A stretch of 64,000 bases of DNA from Entomortierella parvispora E1425 (taxonomy: Eukaryota; Fungi; Mortierellomycota). The stretch covers positions 1,798,001 to 1,862,000 of the forward strand of contig BQFW01000013.1 of NCBI GenBank assembly GCA_020891255.1. Direction: 5' to 3'. The position numbers were made by a program, and so were the translations under genes. The notes under the pieces are model-generated. The model was not told the DNA's origin and searched no databases. It saw only the letters and a list, made by a program, of their open reading frames with translations. Shown one piece after another: positions 40,126-48,500 of the stretch; position 1 is the first letter of the stretch; every line of letters starts with the position of its first letter.

Positions 40126-41274
40126 GTGGCGCCTCCTCGGTCAAGACACGGACACAATATGCCCAATATGCCCGCACGACGTCAGTGCGCTTCCCTGGGC
40201 CTGCGGGAAGACCGGTGGTCTTCTGCTCCGCCCCGCCGGCCATCCTGCATGTTTTTCCCTCGTCCAGCTCGCCACATCCGCCCTCTCTTCAAACAGGAGA
40301 ACCCCCCCCCCCCCCTCATCAACCCAGTGAACCACTTACCCAAAGCCCAACTTTTCCAGGATGTCGAATCGCTCGGAAGGATGCACTGCCTTGTCTCCTT
40401 TCCCAGATACCAACGGCGACGACTCTGTCCCGTCTCTGGTGTTGGCCCAGGAAGAAGATGGCATTGTTGATTCCGAATCGAATGTCCTCCCATGATCTGC
40501 TTCATTCCGCAAATCGCTGGCATCCATGAACTCTGGAGAGCAATCGACAGCAAGAGCTCTCTCCCCTCGCCGTTGTCCAATGTCCTGACCTGGTGATGGC
40601 GACGGCTGTAACTGATGCTCCTCCCGTTGTCGTTCTGTAAGCTGAGGGCTAAGGTGCGGCAGTTGCTGCAGCTTTTGCGGTTGAACCTGCAACGTCTGTG
40701 CCTGCGATTGCATGGCGGTACAACTGACTTTCATGCTTGGTGTTGTTGCTGTTGCTGTTGCGGTTGCGGTTGCGGTTGCTGCAGTTGTTGTGGTTGCACC
40801 ATCTTCGTTGTACACCTCAGGAATCGTGGGCACGGGTGCACAGTCACTGGGAGCCTCGCTAGCTGCCTTGATCCTGCTCTCCATCTCCACAATTGAGCTC
40901 TGCAAGGTAGGCTCGGGAAACGCGCTAGATGTGATCTCGTGGTCCAAAAAGAGCGTCCGACCGACATCTCTTTGATCCCTCTCCTCCAATGAGAGGATGG
41001 TCTTTGCATGTGTTGTACTGTTAGGATCAAAGGCGGGTGAACTTGATGCAGGCGACGAGGATCGACTCGTGCTCGAAACCACCGAGTTTTCATGCTCCTT
41101 GACATCCACCTGATGGGTCGACGCGGACAGTGACGCGGTCGAGATGTCTATGAGAGATGGTTCCCGATGATTCGATGACCCCGACCCAGTTCGCGAAACA
41201 GAGGACGATGAATCTCCAGACAGGCTTGGGAGGTGGGCGTCTTGGTGAAGGGCGGCATTTGGTTGACCAGGCAT
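36827..41274 (-). CDS. STE20-family kinase-like protein, probable pseudokinase (~1185 aa, 6 exons)
   Basis: Exons 41274-40340, 39834-39270, 39172-39012, 38927-38288, 38209-37891 and 37764-36827. Motifs RFDILEKLGFGSSGSSVYKA, VVIKKI, LSLEFCGAGSVADLI, HGDIKAGNILL, KLGGSG (at the DFG position), WLAPE, TDIWALG, RPTVKELL. Confidence 0.8.
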
Positions 41275-43052
41275 TTTGAACAACAAATAAAGGGGTCCTG
41301 AATCGCGGGAAAGGAGAAGAGGAGATTCTCAGTCGATCTTGGTCAAAGGGGATAGAAGGCAGGGCAAGAAAGAGAAATACAAAAAAGAAACCTTTCAGAG
41401 AAGAGGCATGAGAAAAGTGATTTCCATGAGTCGCGCAGGATGCAATGAATGCAAAAAAAAAATAAAAGACGAATGAGTGAATCTGCGAGATGAGTGAGAA
41501 AGAAAGCGAGTGGAAAAACAGCACAGAGCTGAAAATAACGCGCGCGGGTTTCGGGGGTGAGCTGAGCAAAGGGAATTAAGGCCTGTGCGGAGCAACAAGC
41601 GATGAGGGGAACACAAGGACGCCAAAGAGGGATTCGGGTATATAAAAAGAAACGTGCGAAGGCGGGAACAGTAGGGGATTAGGGGGGATGAAGAAAATGG
41701 CGAGGATGAAGATGACGGCAGGTGGGGGCGGTGACGGAGACAAAAGAAAGGACGAAGAAAACTGTCCACGCGCATTTATATTTGCATGGCAGGAGGGGTT
41801 GAATTGCGTTGCGCGGGTGCGCGTGCATTGGCCATGAAGGCACAGAGCAGAGTTGGCAGCTAGGGGTCCAGTCCACGGCATCGAGGACCACATCCATGTT
41901 TGCTTCGGTCCTCAATTACCCTGCCTTTGCTTTCTTCCAGCTGCCTTCCCGGGACCAAGGATGACCAAAGGGGCGATGGTTTGAGCACAAAGGAATTTTC
42001 ATTGCCTTTTAATGATGCACTGAAGTACGCAAAATTATACCTTCCAGGCTCGAATGGACTTGACTTGAACAAGGGTCACCGAGGAGAACGGCCACGGGTA
42101 CTCGCGGCATTCGCCCGCCCTCACATTTTCTTTTTCAGTGGAATATCGCATCACATGGCCCGAGGCCTCGGCACTTCCATGAAGAAGACCACCTCCACCC
42201 CTTTCAGCTCCTCAGCTGTGCTATGTAGGCTTTTGTCAAGAACCACCACCACCTTTCTCCACCTTCATTACACACACACGACCCCATTCATGCTCAGTCT
42301 TTCACTATTTGGAATTGTGTGCCCAAAGTGGAAAGTGTGTGGTCAAAAAAAAAAAAAAAATACACACTCGAGGTGGACAATTGTCAAGGACCGGAATCGA
42401 TAGCCCCTCAACGCTGATACCCTTAGCATTTCCAAAGAAAGACAGAGAGCGAAAGAGAAGAGAGGAAGAAAATGGAGGACTGGTCGCGGATAATTGCTGC
42501 GTCACTCTCGCCCACTGGCAACCCAACTTCTGCTCGCATCCATTCCCCCCTAGTCTTCTTTCCTTGCCTGCATGCAATTTCTTTCCCTATCCCGAACCAC
42601 ATCCCAATGAACTGGTAGATCGAAGCTCGGATTTTGCCCGTCTCTTCGTTTTGACTTTTTGGCCAGATCAGGGGCTCAGGTCTCCTCAAGTTATCCACAG
42701 TGAAACGAAGATGCAGCAAGTCTCTTGAAAGGTCACTTGGCCAAGGTTGTAAGAATAAGGGCGAGGCAAGCGGTGTGGCTTGGTTGCGGGACAGGAAATG
42801 GTCACTGAGGAGGCGATAGACATAGGCACAGCGGGCAGGATACGCGCTTTGGAACACAATTGTAGGCAAGGTTAATGAGGAATGCAAGGATAGAATGGCA
42901 ATGTAATGGGACGCCCATGCAAGGTGGAAGGAATAGTTGGAAGGGCGAAAGAAGAGGAGCTGGGAAAAGGCTCTCAGCATGGAAGCATTGTGTGGTGGAT
43001 ATGGCCCAAAAATCCCCTAAGCCACCGACATATATGGGCAGAGTTTGGACGC

Positions 43053-43662
43053 GGTTGGAGACAGAGGTGTCGGTGGGTGAACCCAACGAGTTGAAGCTAA
43101 GGCGCCAGTCTTGGTTTACATATGTTAAAGTTTCCAGTGAGCAGTGCTGTGGGATCGTCTGTGTTCGACCCCTGCTTGGTGCAATCCTCACTTTGCGATA
43201 GCCTCTCGAACTGGAGGCAATGGTGTTGTACCACCATTTACACAAAGTAGTGATGTTCATTGAGCAACAAGAGCGATTTCTTGGGCCAATTACAGGACAC
43301 CACCAGCGGGCACGAGTCAAGTGCTAAGAGTGCAACAAGGACAACAAGTAATCCAACAAGAAATTCATGTGCTATGTACGGACTGTCGGAGAATCAAGCA
43401 AGGACACATTCAGTACTGGACCACCTCCCAGCCACTGTGTAGTCGAAGTAGGAAGAAAAAGTGGTTGGCAGGCGGTCTAGTACCATCGTCGCGAGGCGAC
43501 TTAGACCTCGGGTTCTCCTCCAACAAGGATGAGAGCGACGCAACGGTCGCGTACGGCCCTGGATGCAGAGGCATGCGATTGAAACAGTGGCTTAGGTCAC
43601 ATTTCTATAGGCCCATTGTCAATAAAAAAAAAAAAAAAAAAAAGGTTGGAGACAGAGGTGTC
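43053..43662 (+). mobile_element. Probable retroposed insertion (~570 bp) with polyA tail and 19-bp target-site duplication
   Basis: GGTTGGAGACAGAGGTGTC occurs at 43053-43071 and 43644-43662. The second copy directly follows AATAAA and a 20-nt A run (43624-43643). Confidence 0.6.
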
Positions 43663-43789
43663 TTCTTCCTCTCTTTCTGCGTCGTTGCTGCTCGTTTGGA
43701 TATTTGGCTCCTCCGAGAAGGGCACGAGAATAAGAGAGACTTTTTGCACTCAACCAGAGAAACAAACACCCAAACTCAATGGCGAGCGA

Positions 43790-44340
43790 CGGAGGTGGAA
43801 ATTCCTCAGGTTTCCCTTTATCACCGAGGTCAGACTGGTCGTGACATCAAATGAACAAAGGAATGGGAGCCCCAGCCTTGTAACCGAGGCAAAGCTCATG
43901 TTCCAATGCTAAAACGAACGCGGACTTTCCTGTATCTGCTTCAACATAAATCAACAAGACGGCAGCTTTGCTCCGGAGGAAATCTTGGACACGCAGACGG
44001 AGAGGCATTAGGCTGTCCTTGTCGTCTGAAAGACGGAGACTTCTTTTGCATAACAGCTCGATAGAGTCGGAGGGCTGCTCGTAGTTATGGATGCGAAGAC
44101 GTCGAAGGCGGTCTATCATAAGCTCCAGATCCAATTTATCGTCCACTTTTTTCAAAAGGATTGGGGGATTTCGGCAGCTCCCATCTGGCTTCGCAATGGG
44201 GTATGGGAAAAAAGGGCCGTGTTTCCATCTGACTTTAGGACAAAGGATAGCAGTGCTCCTTGGTGATCGTCTCGGCTTCTCGGCTCATGTAGGTCTTGAA
44301 GACTGAGTGTCTAGCGCATGAACGAATGCCAATCAGAGGC
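43790..44340 (-). pseudogene. Degenerate NACHT (NLR-like) gene fragment of the Mortierella type
   Basis: ORF 43847-44155 reads DRLRRLRIHNYEQ...KRSLRLSDD...VQDFLRSKAAVLLIYVEADTGKSAFVLALEHELCLGYKAGAPIPLFI*. This resembles the pre-NACHT/Walker A region (VxxFL...LILGDSGAGKSTF..LEHELW...IPLFINL) of Mortierella NLRs as I recall them. The Walker A is eroded and there are flanking stops and frameshifts. Confidence 0.6.
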
Positions 44341-45506
44341 ACGTGCCAAAGATAATGATAACTCCATCCCTTCGTTTGGCGGATAACAAACTTGCATTCT
44401 GTGCTGTGCGGACGTACCCTTGATATCAAAATTTGGATTGGCCAGTGGTTTGTTGTTTATGATCAGTCGAACAGAACACCGAAGGGATAAGATGACAATG
44501 GCAATGGAATGGTAATGGCATTGGCAATGGCAGATGTGTGAAAATGGATGAAGAGATGAGGGGGGTCGACTTGAATGGCAGAGGACGAGAAGCAACCCAT
44601 CTCGCAGCTGTGGCTTCGGGAAGGGGACACTCTGCCTTTTCATCTGGGTAGCACAAGATGCTGGAGAAGAAAAGTTTTCGTGGAAGAGTTGTTAGGATGG
44701 CCGTGCCTTGGTGGAGTGCCTTGGTGGAGAGACTTGCAGTAGGGACCCACACTGTTGGCCCTTTGTTGCCACAATGCAATCTACTGTTCGTATCGACTGG
44801 GCACAGGAGAGCGTGCGCGCTTGTCTTTGCCTTTCTTTTCTCATCTGTGGGCAGGACAACAGCCTGTGCATGGTAGATCTTTTTTTTTCTTTCGTTTTCT
44901 ACTCATTCATCCTTTCTTCGACATCCGATCCTTTCTTCGACATCCCCCTTTCTTCTCTCCTTCCTTCCATCCCACTAGATATGTCCTTGAGAACCAATCT
45001 CATCGATCAAAAATTGGTGACCGCATGGACAGCTGGGAGGGTTGTTGTCCATGATCGCATCGCGTCCAAAAAAACGCGTCTTTGACCTTTTCTGCAGTTA
45101 TTTGACGCACGTCCCACAAGAATCCGAAAAAAAAAAAAAAAAAAACTCGATTTGGATTAATTGTTGTTCGCAAGCACAGTTTCGCTGCTTTATGTATTTC
45201 TGGCTGTATTGTCGTGTAACTGAGGGTATCGTTATATTCTTGCGATGGAAACCTTGGTTACGATTGAAACAAATCCTGAGGCTTAAGCCACGGTGGAGGA
45301 AGCTGTGATCAAAGGATTTCGTCTTGGGGAGGTTGCTGACAAGCCGCCTTGAACAGATACAAAATGGAACAACTCAGTGAACTCGGTATATACAACGTAA
45401 CTGACGTTGAAAGATGCCTTCACTACAAAAAAAAAAAAAAAAAAAAAAACAGAAAAAAAAAAGAAAATGGCGAAAACCTACAGTCCAGATACTGATTCGG
45501 CCCAAC

Positions 45507-48500
45507 CTATTTTTTGCTGGAAAATTGATTGACCCGTCAGGAAGAAAGGAATAAGGTCATCGTGTGAGTTACAATCTTGCAATTGTCATGTCTTCGTCGT
45601 TATGAGCAATTAGTAGGCTTGTCTTACTAGCTGATTGAGAAAACCAAATACGCCGGGTAGAAACATAGGTGTCCATTTTAGTTCCAATTTTGTCATGTGG
45701 TCGTCCTCACCAACAATCAGCTGGTTTGCCTTACCAGCTGATTGAGAAAAACAGAAGCGCCAGGGAGAAATACAGGCGGCGTTGTTAGTTACAATCTTGT
45801 AATTGATATGACTTCGTCGTTATGAGCAATTAGCGAGCTTGACGTACCGCCTGATTGAGAATAACAGAAGCGCCAGGGAGAAATACAGGTGGCCGTGTTA
45901 GCTCCAATGTTACAATTGCTATGACTTCGTCGTTATAAGCAATTACGAGTTTGACGTACTCGCTGATTGAGAAAAACAGAAGCACCAGGGAGAAATACAG
46001 GTGGCCAAGTTAGTTCAAACTTGCAATTGCGATGTCTTCGTCGTTATGAGCAATTAGCGAGTTTGACTTACCCGCTGATCGAGAAGAACAGAAACGCCAG
46101 GTAGAAATACAGGTGGCCATGTTAGTTCCAATGTTACAGTTGATATATCTTCGTCGCTATGAGCAATAAGTAGGCAGTAGGCTTGTCTTACTAGCTGATT
46201 GAGAAAAACAAACACGCCGGGTAGAAACATAGGTGGCCATTTTAGTTCCAATCTTGCGATTTTCATGTCTTCGTCGTTATGAGCAATTAGTAGGCTTGTC
46301 TTACTGGCTGATTGAGAAAACCAAACGCGCCGGGTAGAAACATAGGTAGCCATTTTAGTTCCAATTTATCAGCTGTCATGTGGTCGTCCTCACCAACAAT
46401 GAACTGGTTTGCCTTACCAGCTGATTGAGAAAAACAGAAAAGCCAGGGAGAAATACAGGCGGCAGTGTTAGTTACAATTTTGTAATTGTCATGTCTTCGT
46501 CGTTCTGAGCAATTAGTTGGCGTGTCTTACGGGCTAATAAAAAACAGAAGTGCCAAGTAGAAATACAGGTAGCCATGTCAGTTACAATCTTGAAATTGCT
46601 CTGTCTTCGTCGTTATGAAAAATTAGTTGGCGTGTCTTACGGGCTAATGAAGAACAGAAACACCAGGAAGAAATATAGGCGGCCATGTTAGTTCCGATGT
46701 TACAACTGTTACGTCTTCGTCGTTATGAGCGATTAGGGAATTTGACGTACTCGCTGATCGAGAAAAAGAGAAACGCCAGGGAGAAATACAGGTGGCCATG
46801 TTAGTTCAATCTTGCAATTTCTATGTTTTCGTCGTTATGAGCAATTAGCGAGTTTGATGTACCGGCTGATCGAGAAGAACAGAAACGCCAGGGAGAAATT
46901 CAGGTGGCCGTGTTAGCTCAATCTTGCAATTGCTATGTCTTTGTCGTTATGAGCAATTAGTTGGCTTGTCTTACGGGCTAATTAAGAACAGAAACGCCAG
47001 GTAGAAATACAGGTGGCCATGTTAGTTCAATCTTTCAACTGCTATGTCTTCATCGTCATGAGCAATTAGTGGGCATGTCTTACGGGCTAATTAAGAACAG
47101 AAACGCCAGGTAGAAATACAGGTGGCCGTGTTAGTTCCTATCTTGCAATTTTCATGCAGTCGTCCTCACCAACAATGAATTGGTTTGCCTTACGTGCTGA
47201 TCGAGAAAACAGAAGTGCCAGGGAGAAATACAGGTGGCCGTGTTAGTTCCAATTTTACAATTTGCTATGCCTTTGTCGTTATGAGCAATTAACGAGTTTG
47301 ACGTACTTGCTGATTGAGAAAAACAGAAATTCCAGGAAGAAATGCAGGTGGCCATGTTAGTTCCAATGTTACAACTGAAAACTGCTATGTCTTCGTCGTT
47401 ATGAGCAATTAGCGAGTTTGACGTACTCGCTGATCGGGAGAAACAGAAATGCCAGTGAGAAATACAAGTGGCCGTGTTAGTCCAATCTTGCAACTGCTAT
47501 GTCTTCGTCGTTATGAGCAATTAGTGGGCATGTCTTACGGGCTAATAAAAAACAGAAACGCCAGGTAGAAATACAGGTGGCGATGTTAGTTACAATCTTG
47601 AAACTGCTCTGTCTTCGTTCACTATGAGAAATTAGTTGGCGTGTCTTACGGGCTAATTAAGAACAGAAACGCCAGGTAGAAATACAGCTGGCCATGTTAG
47701 TTCAATCTTTCAACTGCTATGTCTTCATCGTCATGAGCAATTAGTGGGCATGTCTTACGGGCTAATAAAAAACAGAAACGCCAGGTAGAAATACAGGTGG
47801 CCATGTTAGTTCAATCTTGCAACTGCTATGTCTTCGTCGTTATGAGCAATTAGTGGGCATGTCTTACGGGCTAATAAAAAACAGAAACGCCAGGTAGAAA
47901 TACAGGTGGCCAAGTTAGTTACAATCTTGAAATTGCTCTTTCTTCGTCATTATGAGAAATTAGTTGGCGTGTCTTACGGTCTGATTAAGAACAGAAACGC
48001 CAGAGAGAAATACGGGTGGCCATGTTAGTTCAATGTTACAATTGCTGTGTCTTCGTCGTTATGAGCAATAAGTGAGTTTGCTTTACGTCCTGATTGAGAA
48101 AAACAGAAACATCAGGGAGAAATACAGGTAGCCATGTTAGTTCAATCTTGCAATTGCTGCCTTGGTCATTATGAGCAGTTAACAATCTTCACGTACTTGC
48201 TGCTCGAGAAAACAGAAACGTCAGGGAGAAATACAGGTGGCCATGTTAGCTCTTAGCTCCAATTTATCAGCTGTCATGTGGTCGTCCTCACCAACAATGA
48301 ACTGATTTGCCTTACCAGCTGGTTGAGAAAAACAGAAGCGCCAGGTAGAAATACAGGTGGCCGTGTTAGTTCCAATGTTACAATTGCTAAGTCTTCGTCG
48401 TTATGAGCAATTGGCGAGTTTGACGTACCGGCTGATCGAGAAGAACAGGAGCGCCAGGGAGAAATACAGGTAGCCTTGTTAGTTCCATTGTTACAATGGC

